Part shown: piece by piece, positions 28,104 through 36,759 of the stretch
Layout of the letters: the number at the start of each line of letters is the position of its first letter
Numbering within the stretch: position 1 is the first letter of the stretch
From: a virus
Lineage: Duplodnaviria > Caudoviricetes
Virus record (IMG/VR): IMGVR_UViG_3300032295_000548
Span: 64,001 to 128,000 of that record
DNA length: 64,000 bases
Reading direction: 5' to 3' (one strand)
The notes under the pieces: generated by a model
What the model was told of the DNA's origin: nothing
The model's database searches: none
The model's input: the letters and a program-made list of their open reading frames with translations, nothing else
Translations under genes and position numbers: made by a program

Positions 28104-28985
28104 ATGAAGAAAATCGTAATGGCAACATTATTTATGGCAGCTACAGGTTTAGCTAGTGCTCAAGTATCCCTATCAGGAAAGGTCAGCGAGTTCGTTGATT
28201 CTTCTAAGGTGGCCGGCAACAAAAGCACTCAGTTGGTTACAGCACCAACTAGTAACTTTGCTTTGTCTGTCAATGAAAAATTGGGCGGTGGTCTAACTGC
28301 ACGTGCTGTAGTCGAAACTTCACTAAGTGGTAACACCATTGATGGTGTTGGTACTAAGTTGGGTGATCGTCAAGGTACTGTAGGTCTGTCAAGCAAGCTT
28401 GGTAGCGTTGATCTAGGTCGCAATGTTCATAGCCATTTCTTAGCAATCACAAACAACGATACTTTCAGTACATTGTTTGGTAGTGTTGCAGGTGATGTTC
28501 ACAATCTACGTAATCTACGTTTAGGTGATGCAGTGTTCGTTAACGTAACTCCTGTTAAAAACTTAGCAGTTGCTTATGAGCGTTCACAAGTTGCTGTTGG
28601 CCAAGAGGCTACAGTAGTTGCAGGTTCTACTAAAGTAATGGGTGTGAATGCATCTGTTGCTCGTTTCGAACAAGGTACTGAAAAGAGTACTGTTGTTGGA
28701 TTGAACACAACCATTCTAGGTAACAAGGTTACATATACTCATAGCGATGACCAAGGTCTAGTAAAGAGTAAGGGCGACTTGGTTGGTGTTGCACGTGATT
28801 TTGGTGCTATCACTGCTAAGGCAAGCTATGGTACTACAAACACAGACGTTAAAGCATATGCATTAGGTGCTGATTATAATTTCAGCAAGCGTACTGCATT
28901 GACTGTTGCATATCGCAATGTCAACAAGACAGGTTCAGCACATGACGTTGAACAAGTAGGTGTAGGTTTGACACATCGTTTCTGA
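28104..28985 (+). CDS. Gram-negative general porin
   Basis: Signal peptide (ASA-Q), amphipathic beta strands, LGADYNFSKRT, C-terminal GVGLTHRF with terminal Phe. Confidence 0.9.
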   Translation: MKKIVMATLFMAATGLASAQVSLSGKVSEFVDSSKVAGNKSTQLVTAPTSNFALSVNEKLGGGLTARAVVETSLSGNTIDGVGTKLGDRQGTVGLSSKLGSVDLGRNVHSHFLAITNNDTFSTLFGSVAGDVHNLRNLRLGDAVFVNVTPVKNLAVAYERSQVAVGQEATVVAGSTKVMGVNASVARFEQGTEKSTVVGLNTTILGNKVTYTHSDDQGLVKSKGDLVGVARDFGAITAKASYGTTNTDVKAYALGADYNFSKRTALTVAYRNVNKTGSAHDVEQVGVGLTHRF

Positions 28986-29001
28986 TAAGATCGACCTCAA
29001 T

Positions 29002-29024
29002 AAAAGGCTCTTCGGAGCCTTTTT
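29002..29024 (+). terminator. Intrinsic terminator
   Basis: AAAAGGCTC-TTCG-GAGCCTTTTT. Confidence 0.9.
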
Positions 29025-29031
29025 CCATGGC

Positions 29032-29060
29032 TTGACAATAAATAGGATGTAAGATATAAT
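29032..29060 (+). promoter_or_regulatory. Early promoter
   Basis: TTGACAATAAAT...TATAAT, 17-bp spacer. Confidence 0.85.
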
Positions 29061-29066
29061 ACACAC

Positions 29067-29321
29067 ATGGATATAAAAACGGCATTAGACGGTAGAGAAG
29101 TTTGTGACAAGTTACATAGTGACTTGAGTAAGCTTCGGTACAACCCTGATTTACATAAGATGTTGAAAAATATCAATAATATGGTCACGGAAGTTTCTAA
29201 ACTTGAAGTTATCTGCCGGCGTACTGTAAGTCAAGTGATACTTGAAAGACCGCTTAAGGAATTAAATGATGCGGTTACACACTTGCAAAAACTAATACTA
29301 GTTGCACAACTAATGGAATAA
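29067..29321 (+). CDS. Hypothetical protein (helical)
   Basis: ORF starts 6 nt after the -10 box. Confidence 0.6.
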   Translation: MDIKTALDGREVCDKLHSDLSKLRYNPDLHKMLKNINNMVTEVSKLEVICRRTVSQVILERPLKELNDAVTHLQKLILVAQLME

Positions 29322-29322
29322 C

Positions 29323-29523
29323 ATGAAATTTATTTTAATATCACTGATTCTGTCAAATGGATGGGCTGTTGAATTCGATTCACTGTCTGCCTGTCAGAAT
29401 GCGGTTCGGGAAATCTATGCACAACGGGTCAATCCCCCAGGGCAACGATTGAAAGAACTTGAGCAAACCATCGACCTACAAGTTAAGACTTCCAAAGAAT
29501 ACCTTTGCGTGAAAAAGGGTTGA
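29323..29523 (+). CDS. Small secreted or membrane hypothetical protein
   Basis: Hydrophobic N-terminus, F.S..AC..A motif and C-terminal Cys. Confidence 0.55.
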   Translation: MKFILISLILSNGWAVEFDSLSACQNAVREIYAQRVNPPGQRLKELEQTIDLQVKTSKEYLCVKKG

Positions 29524-29548
29524 CAATAAATCCAAAGTATAGTATACT
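29520..29548 (+). promoter_or_regulatory. Early promoter
   Basis: TTGACAATAAAT...TATACT, 17-bp spacer. Confidence 0.8.
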
Positions 29549-29569
29549 ATGGGTAATAAGGAGTTAGTT

Positions 29570-29980
29570 ATGGAAATCAAAGTCGAAGGTAGTCGCAGGA
29601 ATAAAAAGTTTGTTGAAGCAATGTTGCCTTCGATGATTAGCCAACTGAAACTTGAAAACTGCCGCAAAGGACTGTTGATTCGCATATATGATGAATGCGA
29701 GGACAATCAAGGTGTGACACTAGACCTGACCAAAGCAACGGGTTGCTATCTTGTTGTCATCAAGCCTACTAGATACCTCAAAGATATCGGTATGACCCTT
29801 GCACATGAATTGGTGCATGTCAAACAAATGGCAAAGGGCATACTAAAGTCTACAAAAAATGGTGCTCAGATTTGGGCTGGCAAAAAGTACTCAAAACGTA
29901 CTAAGTATCTTGATCGACCCTGGGAAATTGAAGCATTTTCCAAGCAAGAACTAATTCTCCGTCGTGCGTTTGAGGATTAA
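29570..29980 (+). CDS. Zincin-like metallopeptidase
   Basis: TLAHELVHVKQ (HExxH) and PWEIEA; AAGGAG SD before the ATG at 29570. Confidence 0.75.
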   Translation: MEIKVEGSRRNKKFVEAMLPSMISQLKLENCRKGLLIRIYDECEDNQGVTLDLTKATGCYLVVIKPTRYLKDIGMTLAHELVHVKQMAKGILKSTKNGAQIWAGKKYSKRTKYLDRPWEIEAFSKQELILRRAFED

Positions 29981-29985
29981 AAAGG

Positions 29986-30014
29986 TTGACGATAAATGGA
30001 TTTGGGTATATAAT
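29986..30014 (+). promoter_or_regulatory. Early promoter
   Basis: TTGACGATAAAT...TATAAT. Confidence 0.85.
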
Positions 30015-30046
30015 CATTACATAGACAGTTAACTAAAGGACTCGAA

Positions 30047-30319
30047 ATGTCAGCACTCACAGAATACACCCTGGAAATCTACAAATCAGACAAGCGTACC
30101 AAAGAAGGTAAACGATTGATTGCCAAGCAAGATTTTGCTCCTAGTACTAAAGACTACATTAATGCTGTTGTCGAAGGTAAGCGTCGGTTGGGCTTGATTG
30201 TTGAAGTTTTTGAGACTTATGTTACCCGTAAAAACTCAATGTCAGGTCGTGACTTCCAAGAGCGTTACGACACCCCTTATTTCTGTTCTCCTTCTAGCGA
30301 ATCGTATTGGAGCATGTAA
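30047..30319 (+). CDS. Hypothetical early protein
   Basis: AAGGA SD; C-terminal TPYFCSPSSESYWSM. Confidence 0.7.
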   Translation: MSALTEYTLEIYKSDKRTKEGKRLIAKQDFAPSTKDYINAVVEGKRRLGLIVEVFETYVTRKNSMSGRDFQERYDTPYFCSPSSESYWSM

Positions 30320-30321
30320 TC

Positions 30322-30630
30322 ATGGCACTCACACCATTGACCGAACGCCAAAAGGCATTGATTGTTTCTAACCTTGTTAAGGCATGTCGCAATATTGACA
30401 ACCTGAACAAGACTGGTTACAAGTACATCAATCTTTGCAGTGGTTTCATTGCACACTATGACCTGTATGGTTTCATTTCAGCATACAGTGAACCTAATTC
30501 TCTCAAGCGTGATATCATCTCCTATGCTGGTCAGAATCAATGGCGCAACTTTCGCCCAGGCGAATGTGACTACGACTATTACATGAGCAAGGCTGATGTG
30601 TACAATCGTATTGTTGCCCAAATCATCTAA
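30322..30630 (+). CDS. Hypothetical early protein
   Basis: ORF following a GGAG SD; contains CSGFIAHY. Confidence 0.65.
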   Translation: MALTPLTERQKALIVSNLVKACRNIDNLNKTGYKYINLCSGFIAHYDLYGFISAYSEPNSLKRDIISYAGQNQWRNFRPGECDYDYYMSKADVYNRIVAQII

Positions 30631-30636
30631 ATAAAT

Positions 30637-30665
30637 TTGACGGTAATTCAAATCTCTGTTAAACT
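30637..30665 (+). promoter_or_regulatory. Early promoter
   Basis: TTGACG-17-TAAACT with extended TG. Confidence 0.6.
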
Positions 30666-30707
30666 ACAGTTTCTTTCTTTTAACACACTTTCTTTATAGG
30701 ATAACAC

Positions 30708-31808
30708 ATGTCTAAAGTTTCTGACAATCTCACAATCACTAGCGTTCAAGCCCGCAAGGCTGTTCTCAAAGCTTTTCAAGCAAAGCGCCCTGTTTTCTTG
30801 TGGGGCCCTCCCGGCATCGGCAAGTCTGAGGTTGTTCAAGAAATTTCCGATGAACTCGGTGGTTTCGTTATTGACTTGCGTATGGCGCAAATGGAGCCTA
30901 CTGATATTCGAGGCATCCCTTACTTCAACAAAGATATCAACAAGATGGATTGGGCCGCACCCGTCGATTTGCCCGATGAAGAATTCGCAAGTCAATACCC
31001 CGTTGTTGTTCTGTTCCTCGATGAAATGAACTCTGCACCTCCTGCTGTGCAAGCGGCTGGTTATCAACTTATTCTGAACCGTCGTGTAGGTAAGTATAAA
31101 CTCCCTGACAATGTTGTTATCGTTGCGGCAGGTAACCGTGATAGTGACAAAGGTGTGACATATCGCATGCCAATGCCCCTCGCTAATCGTTTCTTGCACT
31201 TGGAAATGCGAGCCGACTTTACTGCATGGCAGAACTGGGCTGTTGACAAAGGCATTCATAAGGACGTGGTTGGTTATTTGTCTTTTGCAAAACAAGACTT
31301 GTACGAATTTGATTCTAAGTCTGCATCACGTGCGTTTGCTACTCCTCGCTCTTGGGTATTCGTGTCTGACTTGTTGAAAGACGAGGACGTTGACACTGAC
31401 ACATTGTTCAACTTGGTTGCAGGTGCTGTTGGTGAAGGTCTTGCTGTTAAGTTTATGGCCCACCGCAAAGTTGCAGGTCGTATGCCAGAACCCTCTGACA
31501 TTCTTTCTGGTAAGGTCAAGGACCTCTCTGTCAAAGAAATCTCGGCTATGTACTCACTGACTGTTTCTATGTGCTACGAATTGCGTGATGCACTTGAGAA
31601 CAAGAAGGTGAACAACAAAGAATTTCATGAAATGGCAAAGAACTTCTTTGAGTACATCATGAAGAACTTTGAAACTGAATTGGTAGTTATGGGTGCTAAG
31701 ATTGCACTCAAGACTTACAAACTTCCAATCGAACCCAGCTTGCTTGGTACTTCGTTTGACGAATTTCACAAGAAGTACGGTAAGTACATTGTGGAAGCTG
31801 GCAACTGA
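30708..31808 (+). CDS. MoxR-like AAA+ ATPase
   Basis: GPPGIGKS Walker A, LFLDE Walker B, AAGN, PLANRF, TPRSW. Confidence 0.9.
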   Translation: MSKVSDNLTITSVQARKAVLKAFQAKRPVFLWGPPGIGKSEVVQEISDELGGFVIDLRMAQMEPTDIRGIPYFNKDINKMDWAAPVDLPDEEFASQYPVVVLFLDEMNSAPPAVQAAGYQLILNRRVGKYKLPDNVVIVAAGNRDSDKGVTYRMPMPLANRFLHLEMRADFTAWQNWAVDKGIHKDVVGYLSFAKQDLYEFDSKSASRAFATPRSWVFVSDLLKDEDVDTDTLFNLVAGAVGEGLAVKFMAHRKVAGRMPEPSDILSGKVKDLSVKEISAMYSLTVSMCYELRDALENKKVNNKEFHEMAKNFFEYIMKNFETELVVMGAKIALKTYKLPIEPSLLGTSFDEFHKKYGKYIVEAGN

Positions 31809-31855
31809 TCCTAAGAGACAGTTGTTTACTCCCGGGGTAGAAATACCCTGTTACA

Positions 31856-31883
31856 GGGTGGGAGTAACATCTCACCCTTTTTT
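31856..31883 (+). terminator. Intrinsic terminator
   Basis: GGGTGGGA...TCTCACCC followed by a T-run. Confidence 0.7.
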
Positions 31884-31896
31884 ATAAGGTAATGTT

Positions 31897-32049
31897 ATGA
31901 GTGGTAAAAAGTATTTTTACGCATTGGGTCAAAGTGCCCGAGCACGTGGATTGACAAAGGATCAAGGTATTGAATTGTACAAACTTCAATCTGCCCTACC
32001 TTTTGCTCTCATTGCATTTGATGCAGGATATCGAGGAATGTCACTATGA
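31897..32049 (+). CDS. 50-aa hypothetical protein (not in ORF track)
   Basis: AAGGT SD; MSGKKYFYALGQSARARG...; ATGA overlap with the next gene. Confidence 0.6.
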   Translation: MSGKKYFYALGQSARARGLTKDQGIELYKLQSALPFALIAFDAGYRGMSL

Positions 32050-32294
32050 CTGAAAAGAAGAAACCCGAAATTGTTTTTGCCCCAGGATGCTTTGATAATT
32101 TTGATGGCACCCAAGAAGAACTTGATGAATTGGTTGCAGAAATTAACCGTTTAGTTGACTCCGGTGACATTTTTAAAAAATCAAAACCACTCGATCCGGA
32201 TACATTAGATGATGAAGAATTGGAAATGCTCTCCGATATCTTAAATGCATTAGAAGATGGTGAGGACCAACCTCCTGGTCGCTTGCTCAACTGA
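32046..32294 (+). CDS. Acidic hypothetical protein
   Basis: FAPGCFDNFDGTQEELDEL. Confidence 0.65.
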   Translation: MTEKKKPEIVFAPGCFDNFDGTQEELDELVAEINRLVDSGDIFKKSKPLDPDTLDDEELEMLSDILNALEDGEDQPPGRLLN

Positions 32295-32296
32295 GG

Positions 32297-32325
32297 TTGA
32301 CAGTAATTCCGTTTCCTGCTATAAT
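32297..32325 (+). promoter_or_regulatory. Early promoter
   Basis: TTGACA-17-TATAAT with extended TG. Confidence 0.85.
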
Positions 32326-32350
32326 AAAACATAAACACTAAAGGACCATT

Positions 32351-33634
32351 ATGAGTGAAGTTATTGACAAGCGCAAAACTAAAAAGCACAATGACAAGTT
32401 TGATAAACTTGTCGGCCCTACTGACCCTAAAGTAGATCATCAAGCACGTGAGCGACTGGTTACTGCACGTATCGGTTTACTATTGCGTCATTCATTCTTT
32501 GGTAATTTGGCTACTCGCCTGACTCTTATCAATGCCGATGACTGGTGCAGTACAGCGGCTACTGACGGTCTCAAATTCTATTACAACTCCCGCTTCATTA
32601 TGATGTTGCGCCCTAAAGAGGTTGAGTTCCTCGTGGCGCACGAAGTCCTGCACGTTGTCTACGATCACATGGGCCGTCGTGGTACACGTGACCCGCAAAT
32701 GTTTAACATTGCAAATGACTATGCAGTCAATGCTGACTTGAAGCGACACAAAGTTGGTGAATTCATCAAGACTGTACCTTGCTTGTATGAACAAAAGTAT
32801 GATGGCAAATCGTCTGAGGAAATCTATGATGACCTCATGAAGAATATTCAAAAGATTGATATCAATAGCCTCATCGATCAAATGATTGACGATCACCTCG
32901 ACGGTGATGGTGATGGTGAAGGTGAATCAGATGGTGACGGTAACAAAGAGGGCAAAGGTAAGCGCCCGCAAATGTCTACTGAAGAACGTGAACGTGCCCG
33001 TCAAGAAATCAAACAAGCGATTCTCAATGCCGCGCAAGCTGCCGAAGCAGGTACATTGCCCAAAGGTGTTGAGCGTTTGATTCGTAGCGTTACTGATCCA
33101 GTTATGCCCTGGCGTGAACTGATTCAAACAAACTTGACTAGCGCAATTCGTACTGACTTCTCTTGGATGCGCCCTTCACGTAGAGGTTGGCACATGGATG
33201 CTATCATGCCCGGCATGACTCCAGGTGAAGAAATCGATGTTGTCGTTGCTATTGACATGTCAGGTTCTATCTCTAACAAACAAGCACAAGCTTTCTTGGG
33301 TGAGATTGGTGGCATGATGGATGCGTTTGATGGCTACAAGGTTCACGTATTCTGTTTCGATACTGAAATCTACAACCCTGCTGACTTCACTAGCGAGAAT
33401 CTTGATTCAATCGATGGATATGAGCCTCAAGGTGGTGGTGGCACTGACTTTGATGCTATCTTTGAATACTTAAAACAAGTTGGCAATGTGCCCAAGCGAC
33501 TGATTGTTTTCACTGACGGTTACCCTTGCGGTTCTTGGGGTGACGCTGATTACTGCGACACTACATGGATTATTCACGGTGACCCTAACCCGAATCCCCC
33601 ATTCGGTACTTACGCATTGTATGATGACAAGTGA
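32351..33634 (+). CDS. Zincin metallopeptidase + vWA domain protein (DUF2201-like)
   Basis: TAATDG, HEVLH, MIDAS DMSGS, GGGGTDF, FTDG. Confidence 0.9.
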   Translation: MSEVIDKRKTKKHNDKFDKLVGPTDPKVDHQARERLVTARIGLLLRHSFFGNLATRLTLINADDWCSTAATDGLKFYYNSRFIMMLRPKEVEFLVAHEVLHVVYDHMGRRGTRDPQMFNIANDYAVNADLKRHKVGEFIKTVPCLYEQKYDGKSSEEIYDDLMKNIQKIDINSLIDQMIDDHLDGDGDGEGESDGDGNKEGKGKRPQMSTEERERARQEIKQAILNAAQAAEAGTLPKGVERLIRSVTDPVMPWRELIQTNLTSAIRTDFSWMRPSRRGWHMDAIMPGMTPGEEIDVVVAIDMSGSISNKQAQAFLGEIGGMMDAFDGYKVHVFCFDTEIYNPADFTSENLDSIDGYEPQGGGGTDFDAIFEYLKQVGNVPKRLIVFTDGYPCGSWGDADYCDTTWIIHGDPNPNPPFGTYALYDDK

Positions 33635-33863
33635 AAAGTTAGTTTATGAATCTCCTGATGGAGGTAAGACGGTCTATGCAAGAAAGCATGGATCGTCTGA
33701 GCGTGAATTGCATTGGGTAGATCCTGTTTGGAAACGGGAACAAGAAATAACAGAAAGATGGATGAAGCTTAAAGCCGCAGTGTTTATGGCCGATTCGGAT
33801 AAAACACTAGATGATGCTATCTCTAAGTTAGAAATGTTGTATGAACTTAAACGAAATCAATGA
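33621..33863 (+). CDS. Hypothetical protein
   Basis: VYESPDGGKTVYAR; start shortened to remove overlap with the vWA gene. Confidence 0.65.
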   Translation: MMTSEKLVYESPDGGKTVYARKHGSSERELHWVDPVWKREQEITERWMKLKAAVFMADSDKTLDDAISKLEMLYELKRNQ

Positions 33864-34095
33864 ACTAAAACCCGAAGTTTGGTATATCAATAGACAGTTG
33901 AGTTTTAAACCAACCCATTTTGTTACTGCTAGAACACCATTGACTGATAAATCAGCAGAATGGATTATCAATAGTTTGGTTGGTAGATTTACCTTTGTGG
34001 GACACGATGACATTGATGACAATCTTGAATATGTTAGATTACCTTCATTTGAGGATTCGGCAGAAGCTGTACTCTATGAATTGAAATGGTCGTAA
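33841..34095 (+). CDS. Small protein of the F-E-D...L-K-W-S paralogue family
   Basis: C-terminus PSFEDSAEAVLYELKWS. Confidence 0.65.
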   Translation: MNLNEINELKPEVWYINRQLSFKPTHFVTARTPLTDKSAEWIINSLVGRFTFVGHDDIDDNLEYVRLPSFEDSAEAVLYELKWS

Positions 34096-34151
34096 GATTT
34101 ATTTTCAATGCTAAAACACTTATTAAATAAGAATACTTAAGGAGAAATACT

Positions 34152-34871
34152 ATGAGTTTTACAAGACACGTAGGTAAACACGGTGACCGTAAAGTCGCTA
34201 TCATTTTTAGAGAAGTACCGGGTGAGCCACACATGTGCTTGGTTACATACACCGAAACTCTAAATCAACACGTTCATGACCCAATGATGAAATGCATTGA
34301 AAGTGACATTGGACAATCAAGCGAGAACCTTGCTGATGCATTGAATCGTATGCATACAAGAGATGGTCGCCCAATCTTGCAAGTACTTCATAACGAAGGT
34401 CAGTTAAAGAAAGTCAATACCGAATTGGTCTTGATGACTCCTCAACCTAATACAAGAATTAAGTTGAGTGAATTGAACAAAATTCTTAATGAAATGAAAC
34501 AAGGCGAGAATGCAGTTAAGCGTTTAGCTGAATTGGATTCAAGTCGCGGTTTGCAAGATCCAGCTGATGTAGCACGTAGAATGCGTGGTAATAATATGCC
34601 ACAACAATTGCAAGAAAATCGTGCCTCACAGCCATCTGCACAAAGTGCCCAGGGTCTATTAGGTGACAACGAAATTGCAAATAATTTGCGTCAACAAGCG
34701 CAAAAGATGGATGCAGAGGCTAAAGGACTAATAGCAGAATCTCAACGTTTGATGAAAGAAGCCGCACAGATAGATGGTGTTGTTCCTGAAACAATGTCAA
34801 CTGCTTCTATTTCTGCGACACCTGCAAAGCGTGGCCGTGGTAGACCAGCAAAGGCAAAAGTAGTAGCGTAA
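34152..34871 (+). CDS. Phage protein with coiled coil and C-terminal AT-hook
   Basis: TAAATA plus AAGGAG upstream; KRGRGRPAK. Confidence 0.75.
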   Translation: MSFTRHVGKHGDRKVAIIFREVPGEPHMCLVTYTETLNQHVHDPMMKCIESDIGQSSENLADALNRMHTRDGRPILQVLHNEGQLKKVNTELVLMTPQPNTRIKLSELNKILNEMKQGENAVKRLAELDSSRGLQDPADVARRMRGNNMPQQLQENRASQPSAQSAQGLLGDNEIANNLRQQAQKMDAEAKGLIAESQRLMKEAAQIDGVVPETMSTASISATPAKRGRGRPAKAKVVA

Positions 34872-34878
34872 GATATTC

Positions 34879-35175
34879 ATGTCACCTGAGTTCATCAAGA
34901 AATGGGAACATATCCTAGAAGATGTTGAGAAACAAAAGATACCTGTACAGTTTATTAAAAAAATAATTGTAAAGCTTGAAGGTAAGCGTCAGCAAACCAT
35001 CAATATCGAAAAGTTTCTCAGTCAAGGATTAGATCCAGACCAAATAGAAGAAGCAGTTGGAAGAAAACTGCACGAACTTGACGATCAAATTTCTACAGTG
35101 GAGTTTGTTCTAAATGTTCAGAACATTGCTGATACTGTTCAGCCGGAGACTGATAGACTACTAGGAAGATTATGA
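34879..35175 (+). CDS. Hypothetical protein
   Basis: Operon-packed ORF. Confidence 0.7.
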   Translation: MSPEFIKKWEHILEDVEKQKIPVQFIKKIIVKLEGKRQQTINIEKFLSQGLDPDQIEEAVGRKLHELDDQISTVEFVLNVQNIADTVQPETDRLLGRL

Positions 35176-35624
35176 AACTGATCGTAGCATGTGACCCTAA
35201 AGGTGGGATAGGCTACAACAACAAATTGCCCTGGAGTAAAATCGAGGGCGATTTGCCAAGATTCAAGGAACTAACAACAGATAAAAATGTTGTTATGGGA
35301 AAAAGAACTTGGGAAAGCCTACCAATCAAACCATTACCAAACAGACATAACTATGTTATGTCTAAAGTTTCCATACCCGGAGCAGTTACAATGGGTGATG
35401 TAAAATTACTACCTAACACTGCAGGCAATGATGCATGGATAATAGGTGGAGGCAACGTGATTCAACAATGTTGGGATATGATAGATGAAATACATCTTAC
35501 TAAAACATTTGCCGAATACACTTGTGATACATTCATCGATCTAGTAAAATTAGAAAAAGAATTTATGTGTTGGTTTAAAGAGCAACACGTTGACCACTCA
35601 TACGAGATTTGGAAAAGAAAATGA
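35172..35624 (+). CDS. frd: Dihydrofolate reductase
   Basis: IG..NKLPW, D..RFK, VMGKRTWES, PLPNR, IIGG. Confidence 0.95.
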   Translation: MKLIVACDPKGGIGYNNKLPWSKIEGDLPRFKELTTDKNVVMGKRTWESLPIKPLPNRHNYVMSKVSIPGAVTMGDVKLLPNTAGNDAWIIGGGNVIQQCWDMIDEIHLTKTFAEYTCDTFIDLVKLEKEFMCWFKEQHVDHSYEIWKRK

Positions 35625-36520
35625 AACAGTATCACGATTTACTACAAGACATTTTAGATAACGGAGAAATTAAAGATGATAGAACTGGTATTGGTACCCA
35701 TAGTGTGTTTGGCCGTAATCTTCGCTTTGATTTGCGTAGAGGCTTTCCCGCTATCACTACTAAAAAGCTTGCATGGAAAGCTTGTGTCGGTGAACTTCTC
35801 TGGTTCATTGAAGGCTCTAGTGATGAACGTAGACTGGCAGAACTCACCCATGGTACTGCCGAAGGCAAAGTCACAATCTGGACGCCTAATGCGCTTGCGC
35901 CGTATTGGAAACCAAAAGCGAAGTTTGAGGGAGACTTGGGTAGAGTCTATGGTGTGCAGTGGCGCCACTGGAATAAAGACACCGTTGAGAAAGACATGGG
36001 CCCGGCGCACAAAGGTGGCACACGCCTCGCGGTGGATAGGACGGAAGTCGACCAACTAACCAACTTGTTAGAAGGATTAGTCAAAGATCCTAATGGTCGC
36101 AGACACATTCTCAGTGCATGGAACGTGAGTGAGTTAGATCAAATGGCATTGCCACCTTGCCACGTTATGAGTCAATTCTATGTGAATAAGAATAAAGAAT
36201 TATCTTGTCATATGTACCAACGTAGTGTTGATGTGTTCTTGGGTCTACCGTTCAACATTGCTAGTTATGCATTGCTCACTCATTTGATTGCACATCATTG
36301 TGGATTGAAAGTAGGTGAGTTGATTATTAGTACAGGTGATACTCACATCTATAAGGATCACGTTGAGCAAGTCAAAGAACAATTGTCACGCACTGAATTT
36401 CCCGCACCATTGTTGATGTTGAATTCTCAGAAGAATAACATTTTTGAAATGACAATGCAAGACATTCACTTAGAGAATTATCAGAGTCACGATCAAATTA
36501 AAGCGAGTATGGCAGTATGA
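35621..36520 (+). CDS. thyA: Thymidylate synthase
   Basis: DRTG, YGVQWR, MALPPCH, YQRSVDVFLGLPFNIASY. Confidence 0.97.
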   Translation: MKQYHDLLQDILDNGEIKDDRTGIGTHSVFGRNLRFDLRRGFPAITTKKLAWKACVGELLWFIEGSSDERRLAELTHGTAEGKVTIWTPNALAPYWKPKAKFEGDLGRVYGVQWRHWNKDTVEKDMGPAHKGGTRLAVDRTEVDQLTNLLEGLVKDPNGRRHILSAWNVSELDQMALPPCHVMSQFYVNKNKELSCHMYQRSVDVFLGLPFNIASYALLTHLIAHHCGLKVGELIISTGDTHIYKDHVEQVKEQLSRTEFPAPLLMLNSQKNNIFEMTMQDIHLENYQSHDQIKASMAV

Positions 36521-36759
36521 AACAAAGTGTAATAGTTCACTCTTTCAGGATGAGTGATGTAGAAGATCCTGATCTATGGGCCGGGCAGTCATTGTATGAG
36601 TGGGAACACAGTGAGTCAGGTCAATGGATTATGAAGAACAGTATAGAACAGCCTTCATGGCACAGACACCTAGATCCTAGTACATATGGTTATATCTATA
36701 CAATCAGAGCCCATCTCACTGACAAAGCATATACGTATTGGAAATTAAAATATGAGTAA
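36517..36759 (+). CDS. Hypothetical protein
   Basis: DVEDPDLWA; C-terminus YWKLKYE. Confidence 0.7.
   Translation: MKQSVIVHSFRMSDVEDPDLWAGQSLYEWEHSESGQWIMKNSIEQPSWHRHLDPSTYGYIYTIRAHLTDKAYTYWKLKYE

Noticed and set aside
30648-31295. 215-aa minus-strand ORF, and similar antisense ORFs at 39681, 45248, 49668 and 52885
   Set aside because: These are shadows of well-supported plus-strand genes, with no motifs or expression signals.
35621-36520. thyA as a base-hypermodifying hydroxymethylase
   Set aside because: It retains canonical dUMP-specific motifs (PCH, RS.D..LG.PFN) and is paired with DHFR.
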